From Trichinella spiralis (Eukaryota), in NCBI RefSeq assembly GCF_000181795.1, contig NW_003526941.1, forward strand, positions 10,034,493 to 10,098,492: a stretch of 64,000 nucleotides of DNA, in the 5' to 3' direction. The stretch's first letter is position 1. Each line of letters starts with the position of its first letter. A program made the translations under genes and the position numbers. The notes under the pieces were generated by a model. It did not search any database and was not told the origin of the DNA. It saw only the letters and a list, made by a program, of their open reading frames with translations. Positions 1 through 14,300 of the stretch are shown here, piece by piece.

Positions 1-222
1 ACATTCACTTTCGTAATAATCAAGAAAAAAAATAAGAGGTGACAAACTTGTTCAATAAATCACAGAAAACACAAAATATATTTCAATCTTTTATTTTCAT
101 TGTGCAATATATTGAAAGCGTCATTCGATGTGAAATACATTCGAAAAAAAAGAACTAATCACCGACGGTCAACACTGCTATTGACGCTTTTAAAAAGCAA
201 GCAATTATCATTGAAATTAAAA

Positions 223-2644
223 TTATTTCAAATTTTGAAGAATTAATTTCGCTTTTTCCAATGTTGAATCTTCCTAAAATAAATAAATTCTGAATATTTT
301 ATATTCAAACGATATTCAACAAAATATACAAAATTGTACAACCATATTACAGTACACCACAATTATTCAAGTTTAAAATGGGTATTTTTGAAATAAATTA
401 CAAAAAAAACTACAATATAACATTCTTCATTATAAATCTTTATATTCTTTGTAGTAGTAAAATTCTTTTAATGAAATTAAAACTTATTTAAATATTTGAA
501 TATACATTTGAAATCAAGACAACGTATTTATATATATACAAATTATAAAATTCAACTTACCTTGAAAAAACAAAATCTAACGTAATTTTCTCCAAAATGT
601 TTATTCTCATCAGAATAAAAAGCAGTCATAGGTATAACACCAAGCTTCTAAAAAAACAAAAACAAAATTAAATTAAATTAAATTGTATAATAATAATAAT
701 TTTCAAACTTTTTCACTGCAAAGCCATCGAGTGAACTGATAATCAAGAGGTTCGTTATCATTCTGAGGAAATAAATCACCTAAAACAGTACAAAAAATTA
801 TAAATCAAGCTATCAACAGATTAAACTATACAATCTTAGTTGACATTTAAAACAATCAAAATCGAAATACCAAAAGCCTAATAAGTAACTGATTAAAATT
901 CAGATTACACTTCTAACTAGTTGATCAAAACAAAATGCTACATAAGTATCTGTTAAATAAAATAATACATATTTAAAGAGAGAGAGAGACTTGAGAAACA
1001 GATAAAAAATCTTACTTAATGCACTAAAATTGGCAACCATGAAATAACCGCCTTCGGGTAGGACAGGCATAAATCCATGTTCAGATAACATTTCTTGAAG
1101 TACACGACGCTTCGACTGTAAAATACGACGCATTTCATGAAAGTAACATTCTCTTGTTTGAAAACGGTCAATTTCATATTGAAACGAATCAGCCATCGCA
1201 CACTACAATAATTCGATTTAATTTATCCGATTTAAATAATTATCATCATACTTGAATAGGTGTGGCACATGTATAAACACAATTTTGATGAACTGATCGA
1301 AGATGAACCATCAAATTTTCAGGACAAATTGCCCAACCCATCTGCAAAGAGAAACAATGTTAAACAAGTTCTTTCACCGTGAAACAATAATACTTTCCAG
1401 CCAGTGAGGCTAAATGTTTTACCAGCACTTCCAATTGTTATAGTACGCTCCCACATGTCCGGGAGAGATGCTTCAAATTAATACTCATCAATATATAAAT
1501 CAAGCAACATTTGCACATGTTTACCGAATCGAATCATTTCTGATCCTTCATAAACAAGCCATTCATAAACTTCATCAGCAACAACTATTAAATTGTGCTT
1601 TTTAACAAAAGCAGCAATCTGCATTAATTCATCTCGATTATAAACCTAAAAATAACCCACTTTCATTCATTAAAATAAACTTCAAAAGCCAATTACCTTT
1701 CCTATTGGATTCAACGGATTGTTTAAATATAACAATTTCGTTCGAGGGGTAACTTTATTTTCAAGTTCTGAAAAATCCAATTTGAAATCACCACTTGAAC
1801 CTGCTGCCACTTTTTTCTTCTCCTAATATCACATATATGTACTTCTTCTTCACGTATAAATCGGGCTATTTACCAATTTTAAAGATGTAAATATTGGCTT
1901 CCCACCTGCCATTCGTACTTGTGGTTCGTAACAATCATAATACGGTTCAATAATTATTGCCTAAATATTTGAATAATACAATTATATCCACTTCAAATTA
2001 TAAACAAAATAATGACAAACTTCGTCGCCATGATTTATAAAAGCAAATGCTGCATAAAATAATGCTTGATAAGCCCCATTTGTGATCAATACTTCGTTCA
2101 ATGGATTCACCGGATGATCTAGTAGCGAAGTGTAAAATTTGCCGATAACTTCAACCAAAGGTAAATGGCCCTAAAATGAATAACTACAGTTCAAAACAAA
2201 ATATCACGAATACCTACATAACCACGAGTATACTGATTCAATTTATAATCAGTGGACTGAGCAGCTTTGCTGAGTTGATCTGTAAAATATGCCGGTGGTC
2301 GAAAATCAGTAAATCCCTTTAGAAAAACAACTATATACAAAATATATATTCAATATACAAAATACGTTACCTGGCCCAAGTTTACTGCATCATATTTATT
2401 AACCAAAGCACTCATTTCCACCCTTAAAATTTTAAAATAAAATCATGCTTAACAAAAGAAAACACAGTTACCATATGCTTGGTTTCGTACCCTTTACTCG
2501 ATCAGCGCAGGTAACAAAATTTTTCATTGATACAAATTTTCTACATGAAAAAGAAATAGAAATATAAATTTTCAATCATTAATTATTATTTTACTTTGAT
2601 AATGGTGTTCGAATTTTAATATGAAAACAAATTAAAGAATACAT
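223..2644 (-). CDS. Kynurenine--oxoglutarate transaminase / glutamine transaminase K family (class I PLP aminotransferase), multi-exon
   Basis: Exons joined by eye give ...DRVKGTKPSIWVEMSALVNKYDAVNLGQGFTDF...NQYTRG, the PLP-lysine motif WERTITIGSAGKTFSLTGWK (~1395-1470) and PEGGYFMVANFS (ORF 900..1196). The last exon is EDSTLEKAKLILQNLK* (stop 225-223). In-frame ATGs lie at 2644 and 2527. Confidence 0.9.
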
Positions 2645-4069
2645 TAAAAATTCAGAGATCACCAACTAAAGAATCACCTATTCTACCGTGCAAAGAAAAA
2701 TGCGTTACACTTTTATACTGTAATTACATACATCAACTATAAATTAGACATACATTATTATTTGCTTGATAATTATTCTTATGGATATTATCCATCTTCA
2801 GAGGCTAATAATTTATAGAAAAATGAAAATCAACTAAAAACAAAAATGGAGCTTTAAATCACGTTTACATAATTAATTAATCAAACAAAAGAGCATTTAA
2901 ACATTATTTTCGATGATTCTTCACAAGTCATCAAATTCACTAACATACATAATATATAAATACAACAGTGAAAAATCAATTAATTCAATTTTATTCTTCT
3001 TTTCTCAAATGACCTATTTCTCAAAAAATAAACTGATTAAAAAGTTGGTCAGAAAATAAAATTACTTTACAGTTCACTTAAAAATGCCAGTTTAGCAAAC
3101 AAATTTTAACGGATTTTCACAATACGTTTGTTTAAATATAAATTAAATTTCATACATTAATTACAGCTAAAAGCGAAGAACAAAACAATAATTGGTTGTA
3201 CTGTAGAATTTTTTAGAAAAACAAAGTACTTTTTCGATAATAACGATGATATTTTAATTTACAGTAATATTAATCGTTTTCAAGTAAACAACTTTTTTAA
3301 TTTTTCAAACTGTAAAATATTTTATTTGTAAAAGAATGTTTTTGATAAATGCAGTCAAAACCCAATTTTTTCTTGGAGGTAATGAATCTATATCAATAAG
3401 TAAATGTAATTTTTTATTGACTCTGGTTCCTCTGCAAGTCGCACAAATCTTTCGCCTTTTACTAAAGATTTCCGTGCAGAGGAGCAAAAATGAGTACAGA
3501 GTTCTATTTTTTGTAGGCCCTAATGGGCTCTGTTTATTTGTGAAGTTTAATAGGTATAAATTTCATTTTCAGAAAAATTCAGTTTTTACGTAAAGTTCTC
3601 GTTTTTTATTAAATTTCATTCTAAAAGGTGAAAAGCAATTGCCCTCTATTTTGTGATAATTCATTGATTCACAGATCATCCTAGTTTTTGAATAGATATA
3701 AATGTAATTGACAATAATGATAATATGACAATAATTGTTTAAGATTTTTTTGCTTCACATCTTGATTCACGCATCAGCAAACGTAATTGTTATTTTATTA
3801 ATAAAAATGATAGAATATTTAATTACGAATAAATATTGTTAATTTGTCATATACAGTATTGATAGGCTTGACAATCTTTTTGTATTACTGTAATGCCATG
3901 TTTGGATATTTGTTTTCCTACTACGTAGATAAATCAGTCTTGATAATAGAAAATATTTTTGATATTTTGAATAAGAAACGAATGTATATCAAAAAATACA
4001 TTGTTTTTAAGCTTTGTTGAGCAGTTATGATAATGTACTTCACTGTTTTAATTATTTTCTAGCATTCCT

Positions 4070-6160
4070 ATGTCTTCTTCGTGTGCACTTGATTACGAGC
4101 AAGATTTTTATTATGAAGAAGATAAATGGTATAATAGTGAAAATAAAAATTATAAACTCATTTATTAAAATTATGTAAATTGTGAGTTTATTGTTTAAGT
4201 GGCATGGTAACGTCTTCGAGAACGGTTACACTGAAAAAAGATGCCAACAACTTGATCGGTATCAGCATTGGCGGCGGCGCTCCAAATTGCCCTTGTGTGT
4301 ATTTGGTGCAGATTTTTGAGGACGGACCGGCATTTACTGACGGAAATCTTGAATCTGGTGATGAGATTGTGCGTGTGAATTGTGTGTCCGTTAAAGGAAA
4401 AACAAGAAGTGAAGTTGCACGGATGATTCAGGCTGCCAAAGACGAAGTGAGAATCGATTTTAACAAACTTCACGCTGATCCGAAGCAAGGAAAAACATTG
4501 GACATTAGTGAGCATGATTGTTTGTTTGTTTGCTGCTTGCTTGCTTGTTTACAATTAATTTGACCACCACACGTATATGTCATAGAAAATTTGTGTTTTA
4601 GTACTGAAGAAAGTGAAGCATAAGATTGTGGAAAATGTCAGTTCAGATACGGCTGATGCACTAGGTCTATCACGCGCGATTCTTTGTCGCGGTAATTAAT
4701 CGCTTGTTGCTGTTGTTGTTTTTAATTGCATTAAAATTACAATTCAGATAGTTTGGTGAAACGTTTGGAAGAACTTGAGAAAAATACATCCACATATAAA
4801 GGTTTAATTTATCAAATGTCATCGTTGCTTAATGCACAGTTTAATATGGCAGAAGTTTATCGCGGTATTCGCAGCTTGTATTTGAACTTTTTTGATTTGA
4901 CATTAACGTTTAGAATTTGGTGATATTTTTTGTGAAATTGGCAGTCGTGAGCCGCATGTTAGTTCAGCCGAAGCTTTTATGAATTTTGGACAAGTGCATC
5001 GCGGTATGGAAAAGCGAACATTGACAATGATTGAACTGCTTCGACCAACAATAAATGATTTGAACACATTCTTGAACAAAGCCGTTCCGGACACAAGATT
5101 GACGTTGAAAAAGTATTTAGATGCAAAATTTGAATATTTGTCATATTGTTTGAAAATCAAAGAAATGGACGATGAGGAAGCCGCAGTGGCAGCTTTACAA
5201 GAAATTCTATATCGTGTCGAAACTGGCAATTATGAATACAGGTAATTTGTTTATTTTAACTTGTTAAATTTGCATTATTTTCTGTTGCTTGTATTTGTTT
5301 TATTTTGCGTTGTTATGCAAATTGTTTAGCATTTTTCATTTAAAGTTGCTGTATGTCCGAATTTGCGATGAATTATTTTCCAATGACATTGTCGTCTTTG
5401 TAGAATGACAGTTTACTGATAATGTATTTTTATCAAATGATATTGTTTGCTTTGATCAATCAGTTTAAGTTTTCAAGTTTAAAAAGAAGTGAAATTTAAT
5501 TTTCAGTTAAATTCAAATCAAAAAATACATTATGCAAACGTGTGGGTTTTCAATTTTGGTCATTTCACCCTGTTGGCTTTTGGAATATTATTTCAGCTTG
5601 AAATTCAATTAAGCTTTGTTGACAAACCTTTTGAATTGCTGATGTATTTGTTTGAAAGAAAAAAAGTGGAGTATTTTTTTTTGAAAACGTTGAACCTTTT
5701 TGTTAACAGACTTATGTTGCGTTCTCGACAAGAAGCGAAAAAGCGCTTTTCTAAACTTCGATCTGATGTACTTGTCAAGTTGGAATTGCTTGATCAAAAG
5801 CGAGGTAAGCAATTAGGCTAATTTTCTTTGTTTTGTATGTTTATTCAAATTTTAGTGCAAGACATCGCTTATCAACTTCATCGTTTTGTCAGTGTAATAT
5901 CACAGTATCATTCGGAATGTCAAGCTCAAATGGAACCTATGCGCAATTTGTTTCCAATCGAGGTAGATCTTTCATTAGTGGCATTTGATTATAATCCATC
6001 TGGACAGTTGCCACCGGATGGTGAGGATGAAGAAGAAAATGAAATTGCTTGCAATGAGCAGCAGCTTGTCGACGACGACACGAATTTGATCGATATTTCA
6101 TGTTTGGATGTGAATGATAACTGTAGCAGCAGTTCAAATGCAGATCTTCTCAAGTTTTAA
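4070..6160 (+). CDS. PICK1: PICK1 (PRKCA-binding protein; PDZ + BAR/arfaptin domain)
   Basis: N-terminus reads LDYEQDFYYEEDK. PDZ segment KKDANNLIGISIGGGAPNCPCVYLVQ carries the CPC motif. BAR segment is LNTFLNKAVPDTRLTLKKYLDAKFEYLSYCLKIKEMDDEE...YRVETGNYEYR, followed by an acidic C-tail. Introns are GT-AG. Confidence 0.96.
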
Positions 6161-6562
6161 AAATTATTATTGCTTGGAAAAATATTCTTCATATTTTTTC
6201 TACTTTCTTTTAAACTTTGCTTTAAAATATCTAGTCCAAATTATTTTGAGCTCCGTTCTGCTGGCTATTTCTGCTTGTCTTGATAGCACAGGCTGTGCCA
6301 GGAATTATTTGAATAATTAATAACATTTTTTGTTGGGATTTTATTTTCGTTGTTGTTATTATTTGCTGTTACAGTTGTTGTTGTTTTTGTGATAACCATT
6401 TTTTTCTACTTCTTGCAGTTCAGTAAACATTTGCTTTATCATCATTGTTGTGTTTGTAAAATCTGACTATTATTTGGTACCATCGTTCAATACATCTTGG
6501 CATATAATTTGTGCATTTCTAATAATCATACAGGGATTTAGTAATGATGCACATTTTTTTCA

Positions 6563-7090
6563 ATGTCGAAGGAAGAAGAAGTTCGCTATAGACTGGTCTT
6601 ATCGGTGTAAAAATAAATTTTGAATAAACTTTCAGGTATTCATTATAATAAATGTATTTTTTTCACAGTGAATGCAACGATTGGCAAGGTAAATTCACGT
6701 ACCAAGATTTTGAAATTTTGGTCAACGAAGCAATAAAATCTATTCTCGGATTGGTAAATTTTATTTTTCATTTGAGCTATTTGTGATTTTTAATGCGACT
6801 TTTCAACTTTTCAAGCAAGGTGAACTGAAAGACGTCGAAATAACTGATTTTGATTCATCAACAAAATTGGGTTCTATTGTTGTCAACAAATCGTAATTAT
6901 TGCCAAATTGTGTTATTTGCATTTTATGTAATTCAATGTAATTTATTAATATGTTATACATTTTTTCAGGGATCTGAACAGCATTTGGGCTGCGTTGTGC
7001 ATTTACAGTGTGCACTTTACAAAACGAGTAGCAATAAGAGTTAAAAAGGTACGATTGTGTTCATTTATCAGCCCCCTATTAGATAGATAA
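6563..7090 (+). CDS. Rpp14/Pop5-family RNase P/MRP protein subunit (Rpp14-like); not resolved in the ORF track
   Basis: Four small exons splice in frame: MSKEEEVRYRLVLSV-ECNDWQGKFTYQDFEILVNEAIKSILGL-QGELKDVEITDFDSSTKLGSIVVNKS-DLNSIWAALCIYSVHFTKRVAIRVKK. This resembles Rpp14 (..ALKDLFG..G....DIL.....AILR.....L.KLWSSL......AFRV). The 3' end is uncertain: read-through to TAA at 7088-7090, or a splice to an exon at 7221-7238. Confidence 0.7.
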
Positions 7091-7661
7091 TGGTGAAATA
7101 GATCTCATATACACAACAAGTGATTTCAACTGCTTTTTAATTTATTAATTCTATTAGTATATATGTGCTAGTTTTTGATAAACATTTTTCATTTTATTCT
7201 CTTCATTATTAATGTATTAGATGGCCATTGAATGCTGATGACCGATTCTGAAATGACCGATTTTATTAAATTTTCACTGAAATTAGTCAATTGAAATTAA
7301 TTTGCGAAATTGAATTCAGTTTAATAATTCTTCAATTTGGCGTAACTTACTGTTATTTATTTTCTGCAAGTGATGATTGCTCTTTGCAGATAAGATTTAA
7401 AGACATTTATTTTTTTTATAGTCCAGCATTGATTATCATTAGTGTTTTTATCATCGAACTATATGTATATGTTCAATTATATTGAAAGAATTTTTTTTAT
7501 ATCACTACCCTTTTACTGAAAATTTTGAAAAATAGCAACTTGCTATAATTTGGATTTTCAAATTACAGTTTTGTGTTACAAACATGAATGAACATGAATA
7601 GATTTATTATATCACTTTGTGCAATATGTTTTAGGCCTTTCAGTTGAAAACTACTTAAATT

Positions 7662-8724
7662 ATGTCTTGGAGTTTGATTTTAATGATCATTTGCATATTA
7701 TTTGCGTTGAGTTTGTTTGCGCTGTGTTGGATTTTTGAAGACCAACCTCCCAAAATTCACTCACTGCGGGGCTGGCATGTTTTCATTACGGGCGGCACGA
7801 AAGGAATTGGCCTAGCTTTGGCTAGAGAAGCAGTTCGACAAGGGGCGCACGTGACTGTTTTAGCAAGACAACAGCAGTTGATTGATACAGTTGTATTCGA
7901 ATTGTCTGAGTTAGCAGATATTTCCCAGAAGCAGATTGTGAAAGGTTACCAGTGTGATATGACATCTGATTATGATAAGATTGCACAAGTAATTCACAAA
8001 GCGGAACAAGATGTTGGTCCAATTGATGTACTGATAAACAATGTTGGCGGAGCAATGCAAGGGACAGTTGAAGAAATGGGTATCGAAGTCTTCCAGCAAC
8101 AGATGTCGCTCAACTATTTAAGTGCTGTCTCGGCTACTAAAGCTGCTTTGCACAGTGAGTTATATGTAATGCTATATTTGTTTCGGTTTTACTTTATTTT
8201 ACTTAGGCCTGAAGAGTAGTAGAAGAGTCGAAGGTTCCAGAATTGCATTTGTATCCTCTCAAGCTGGACAAGTCGGGCTTTATGGTTATACGGCTTATTC
8301 TCCTTGCAAGTTTGCTCTGCGCGGATTTGCCGAAGCACTGCAAATGGAACTACGGCCCCACAACGTTTGGGTAACAGTTGCTTATCCACCGAACACTAAT
8401 ACTGAAGGCTTTGTCGAAGAATGGAAAAATACTCCAGTGGCAACAAAATTGATTACTGGCGGGGATGAAGTGATGGAACCAACGGTTGTAGCTAAGGGAA
8501 TTTTTCGCTCTATCACTTGCGGAAAATTTCAATGTCTTTTTGGAATGTCCGGACAAATGTTGGGCAATCTGTGCTGTGGCATGACGCCAATTCGTTCAGC
8601 TGCTGAATTGATTCACCAGGCATTTTTTATTGGCATTTATCGTATTATCTCGCTGTATTATTTGAAACACTTTAACAGCGTTGTTCTTCAAACGGTTCGA
8701 AAGCCAGCGGCTAAGCGGTTGTGA
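7662..8724 (+). CDS. KDSR: 3-ketodihydrosphingosine reductase (KDSR/FVT1-like SDR), 2 exons
   Basis: N-terminal hydrophobic anchor, Rossmann motif HVFITGGTKGIG, GPIDVLINNVG, then FVSSQAGQVGLYGYTAYSPCKFALRGFAEALQME (YxxxK) and VTVAYPPNTNTEGF. One intron at ~8155-8206. Confidence 0.92.
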
Positions 8725-9636
8725 TCTGATAAGTGGATGACGCGTCGACAATGATTTTTTTCCAAGAATTTCAATTGATTTAGCCGTAATTCAGCTTTCG
8801 GTTGTGTTGGTCACTGTTTTTCAGATCTGATTAAGATTAATTCTTCTACTTATTATTCAATATAAAAACATTTTGTAATTAAAAATCATTTGAAATGTTA
8901 CGTAATACTATTTGCAACTTATTGCGTCATTCTTGGACAAAACTTTGATATCATTAGCTTAGAATAGCAACAGGTTTATATAAATGGAAACTGTGCAATG
9001 TATTGTAGAATAAAAAATAAAACCATTCGAAGGCATTCCAAATAAGCGAATGAGTATGCCAGTGACACTGATTTTTTGGCGCGGACGTTTTAATAAAAAA
9101 AATATGTAAAGTTTATCATTGATGAGTTTCATTTTGCATTAGGCTCCAATAAATTCTTTTTTATAATTTTAATAAATTTCGAAAAATGAAAACAAATTAC
9201 TCGAAATTTAATTTGGATAAAAGTTTAAACTTGCATTTTTCATACTGTATTATATTTTATTTAATACTGTACTATTCCGTTCTGACGCGCAGTAAGTGTA
9301 TTGATTTGTGTGGTTGTATTTGCTTTCTGAACGTTTGTTTTTAGTGTTTTATTTAAATGAAACATATTTTCTTCTTAAAAATAAGTTTTCTTTCGTTTTT
9401 CTCATATCAAAGGAGAATACATTTTATTTTTTGCTATTGTTAAATATAGTTTTAAATTTCTGCATGTTTTTAACTAATTTACTGAATTCAGCGAAAATAA
9501 TTTTTCTTTAAATAAACCATGTAACCATAAATGCCATAAATATGTTTAAGGTAAACTTATTCATTTAGCCATTTTTCTGACTTTTGCACATTACTTTTAC
9601 TTGGTGTTACTATCGTTATTGTTTAGCTTATTTCAG

Positions 9637-9873
9637 ATGTTAGTTAAAGTGAAAACTTTGACGGGAAAGGAGGTGGAACTTGATATAGATGCTTCTGACT
9701 TGGTGGAGCGGATTAAAGAAAAAATTGAAGAAAAAGAAGGTATCCCTCCAGCGCAGCAGAGGTTAATTCATGCTGGCAAACAAATGAGCGAAGGAAAAAC
9801 AGCGGCAGAATATAAAATAACTGGTGGTGCGGTATTGCATTTGGTTCTTGCTTTAAGAGGAGGCAGTTTATGA
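9637..9873 (+). CDS. NEDD8: NEDD8 ubiquitin-like modifier
   Basis: [50 protein letters not shown]...[12 protein letters not shown]. The Ala72-type LALRGG end distinguishes it from ubiquitin. The ATG directly follows a TTTCAG acceptor. Confidence 0.95.
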   Translation: MLVKVKTLTGKEVELDIDASDLVERIKEKIEEKEGIPPAQQRLIHAGKQMSEGKTAAEYKITGGAVLHLVLALRGGSL

Positions 9874-11341
9874 ATATGAAGATTTCTACATACTTAAATT
9901 GCATTTGCATGCAGCGTACTAATGAGACTGCTGATATTTTTACTTTGTTACATGACTTTTATTACTTCAACTGGTATGAAATTATAATGTTCACTTTGCT
10001 TTAATTTGTTAAAACGTGAATAAAATTTATCTTTTCTATTTTATGTCTCTTTGATCGTTAGAGAGAATTTAAGTATTACTAGCTGAATGAATCGATCGAT
10101 GTTTGTTAAACACTGAAAGATTTCACGCTCTGTTAAACTTCATTTTAAAATTTATTGTAGAAAACGATTGCAGAATTCGTCCTGAATTTGGGTTACGGTA
10201 GTGACGACGTGCTGTAGTAGTTGCTTTGCAGCCAGTGGAAAGTGTAATGCATGCGTTAGGTTATTGCGTTATCTTTGTGTTTTTTTGCTTGAGAAGTGAT
10301 GTAGTATATCGTTCTAAGTGTTCGTATATTGTATTTTGCTTCAGCTAAAGAGTAGCTAATTATTCGATCGAGAACAATTGGATTCGTTGTAAAAAATGAA
10401 GAAGTAACTAACTTCTGGTATAAACAGAAGCAGTATTTTGTTCTCCGTGTGTTTGCCAAGCCTAGTAGATTATTTCAAGCATTATCCAGTTCTTTGCTTT
10501 TCCAGCATATCCATATCAAACCCATTTCCATCAGACTGGCAAGCAGTGAAATTTAGATGAGAAAAAGTAGGCGGAGTTCGTTTGGGGAAATTACTGCTCG
10601 ACTCCTGTTGTGGCAGAAAACTTGCAAAATCGTTGCAAATGAAAATGAAGAAATGATCTTGTAAACGCTGTACAGCAGTATTTCTAAAAAAGCTCTAGAA
10701 ATGGCATAGTTTTGGCTTCAGTAGTCGAACCAGCACAAAAGAAAAACAGGTAAACGAAATTTTAATATTATAACCACAACTGAAGCTTACTGTTATTACT
10801 GAGTAACTTGCATTGTGTGATTTTAGAGCTTATCTTTGTTCTTTTGATTAGTTTATTTTGTGAATTTAAATTTGTTCATCAACAAACATATCTTCATTGC
10901 CTTTTTTAAATGATGCGCATTAAAATTTGTACTTTTTACTTTTTTAAATTTGCTATTGTTTTGCGTAAGTCTTTACTATTTTAGAAATGTCTAAAAAATA
11001 CTTTGTAGTTACTCATATAAAATTAATTATAAAATTGGTTTTCATATTTATTTGTAATGATGTTAATGAAAAAAAGAATTTCATTTCAGTAATCAAAATG
11101 TGATAATTTTTAGTGGACAATTTATTGCGCAAATGAATTTGACATTCAGCTGTTATCAACTAATTGATTGTTGTTCATTTGGTTATCTCTTATCGAGTGC
11201 TTACAAATCATTAGTAAAGCAACTTTGAGTAATTTTATTCATTTATTTTTCTTTCGAATACATTTTATACATAATGAAGAAGAGAAAATTTTAATGTAAA
11301 TGTAGCAGCGAGGCAGAGTTCTAATTTCCGTAAAGAGAAAA

Positions 11342-14300
11342 TTAGCTTTCAAAACGGAGACACTGACTTAACCATTTTTGCACTTCTTCAGTAGACACAC
11401 CTTTCCTCGTCGCATAATCCATAATCTGTTTAAAATATTTTATGACAGAATTAATTAATCAATGAAATTTTGGCCATTCATTACTTGATCTTTGTCAATT
11501 TTTCCAACGGCAAAATACTTCGCTTTTGAATGCGCAAAGTATAGTCCACAAACAGATGCCGTCGGATGCATAGCCATCGATTCCGTCAAATGAATACCTG
11601 TATTTTTGTCAACATCAAGAAGTTTCCACAATGTGCGCATTTCAGACAAATCTGGTTGACATGGATAACCAGGGGCTGGTCGTATACCTTCATATTGTAT
11701 CCTGTGCAATGCATCAACTGACAACGATTCACTTGTATATCCCCAAAAATTCAGTCGAACTCTTTCGTGCAGTTCTTCCGCAAAAGCCTGAATAATTTAC
11801 ACGTAAATACAATAGGTACTTTATGAAATGTTTCTTTTAATTTAAATATGGATTAATTAAATACAAAAAAAATAAATAAATATTAAATGGCATCACCTCA
11901 GATAGGCGATCAGCCAAAGCTTTGCACATGATTGCATGATAATCGTCCAACTGTTGTTCATAAGATGACACCAGTTTCTCAAGTCCTATGCCAACTGTAA
12001 GAGCAAACATACCAATGTAATCGTACATGTCCATCGATTTTGGAACTATAAAATCTGACAAACAAAGATAAGGCTGTTCAGATTGTTCTTTAACCGCCTG
12101 TTGACGCAGACCATGTAAAACACCAATTGGAGATGATTTGTCCATATTTTCTGGACTGAAAGCAGTAAATTTGTTATATCGCACGATAGAAAATTATAAA
12201 TTGAAAATCGAACTTCAAAATTAATATGTCGTCACCATCGCTCAACGCTGGAAAAATACCAATCACAGCGTTGGCTTGTAACAGTGATTCATTGCAAATC
12301 TTTGAAAGTAGTTGTTGAGCATCATCGAAAACTCTTTTCGCCTCTTCACCAATATCTGGATCGTCAAATAGTTTTGGAAATCCACGATTTGGATATTTTC
12401 CTCTTAATTGCCAAACATCGAAAAAAGGTTTCCAATCAATGTATGGAATAAACTGTTCAATATCATAATCAGTGAAACACTGCACTCCAATGGTGTTTGG
12501 TTTTGCTGACAAAAGAAATTATTAATTCAATTCACGTAATAAGAATATGAAGAAAAAGAAAACACAATTTACAAGGAATATACGTAGACCAGTCGAGCTT
12601 CAAAGAATGCTCTCTAGCCACATTCAGAGGAACAAAACGAAGCTCCTAAAACGAGAGTCAACAGAAAATTAAAACAAACAAACAACAAAATAATCGTTGA
12701 ATTTAAAAATATGTACAGAAAAATTATCAAAATAATCTTGTCGAATTTCTTCGTACAATTCTTCAGTTTCGCAGAGAAATTCCCCACGCATTTTCTCATC
12801 CATCAAAGAAGAACACTAAAAAATAAAAAAATAAATGCTTTTCATCTAGTGGTGATTGGTTGATGCACAAATTGTCGACCACAACAACACTCTTGCTAGC
12901 ATCAGAAACGTGAATAACTGGCCCACTGTAAGCTGACTTTATTTTTACTGCTGTATGTATTCTACAAGAATCTGTATTAATTATTATTCAGGTGTTAGCA
13001 AATAGAGAAATTATTATTTACCGTGAAGTAGTAGCACCACCAATGAGTAGTGGGATTTTGAAATCGACGCGTTGCATCTCTTTAGCAACGTAAATCATTT
13101 CCTCTAGCGATGGTGTAATCAACCCGGACAAACCAATCATATCTCAACGAAAAGACAAAATATAAAAATGATAATTCCAAGTATAATAATACTGTTTACC
13201 AGCATTGTTATCTATGGCTGCTTTCAATATTTTATCACACGGGGTCATGATACCAAGATCGATCACTCTACATTATGTTTGTGTTATAAGTGACAATTGA
13301 AAAATTAACATAATCCATAATGACAATAATAACTTACTTGAAATTGTTACATCCCAGAACAACTGAGACGATATTTTTACCAATATCATGTACATCACCT
13401 TTAACAGTAGCTAAAATTATTGTTCCTCGATAATTCTAAAAACATTTTAAAAATAAATCTACTTTAGCAATTGGCAATTATAAAAATAGCATTTTCACAA
13501 TTTCGTCTTCTGCTTTGCTTTCTTTTTCTTGTTCCATAAAAGGAACAAGATATTCAACAGCTTTTTTCATCACTCTAGCAGATTTGATCACCTGAGGAAG
13601 AAACATCTTTCCAGAGCCGAATAAATCTCCAACTGCAGCCATTCCCTGAAAAGAATGGATGAAAACATGAATGCAATGGAAACGATTGTTTTTCATTCAA
13701 AAATTATACCGTCATCAAAGGACCTTCGATGATGTTTAGAGGCCTTGGATAAATGTCTGTCATATTTCGAGCTTGCTCCACGTCATCAATGACATAATCA
13801 CTGATACCTTTGATTAAAGCGTGCTTCAGACGTTCATCAACTGGCCAGTCACGCCATTCGACTTTTGGAATATTTTTTTCTTCAGTCAATTTATCACCTT
13901 CTTTTTCTGCATATGCTAGCAAATCTTCTGTAGCGCCAGGAGAACGGTTTAACAACAAATTCGTACACAGTTCTAGCAGAGTTTTTTCAATTTCTGAATA
14001 CACTGGCAAACATCCCGCGTTTACAATGCCCATATCTAAACCAGCCTTAAAAAATTTTCATTTAAAAAGTTTTCGTATAATTTAATTTCAAAGATGTCAA
14101 TACTTGGATAGCATAATATAGAAAAACGCTGTGCATGGCTTCGCGAATCTTATCTCGACCTCGAAATGCAAAACTGACGTTGCTGATGCCACCGGATATT
14201 CGACACTCAGGAAACAATTTCTAAAATTATGAGTTAAAAAAAGAAACAAAAATTTCATTGATTGAACCTTGACAATTTTTGCTGATTCGAAAAAAGAGAC

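Noticed and set aside
10190..10760. Moderately GC-rich stretch between NEDD8 and MTR
   Set aside because: I found no consistent spliced ORF, recognisable RNA motif or repeat.
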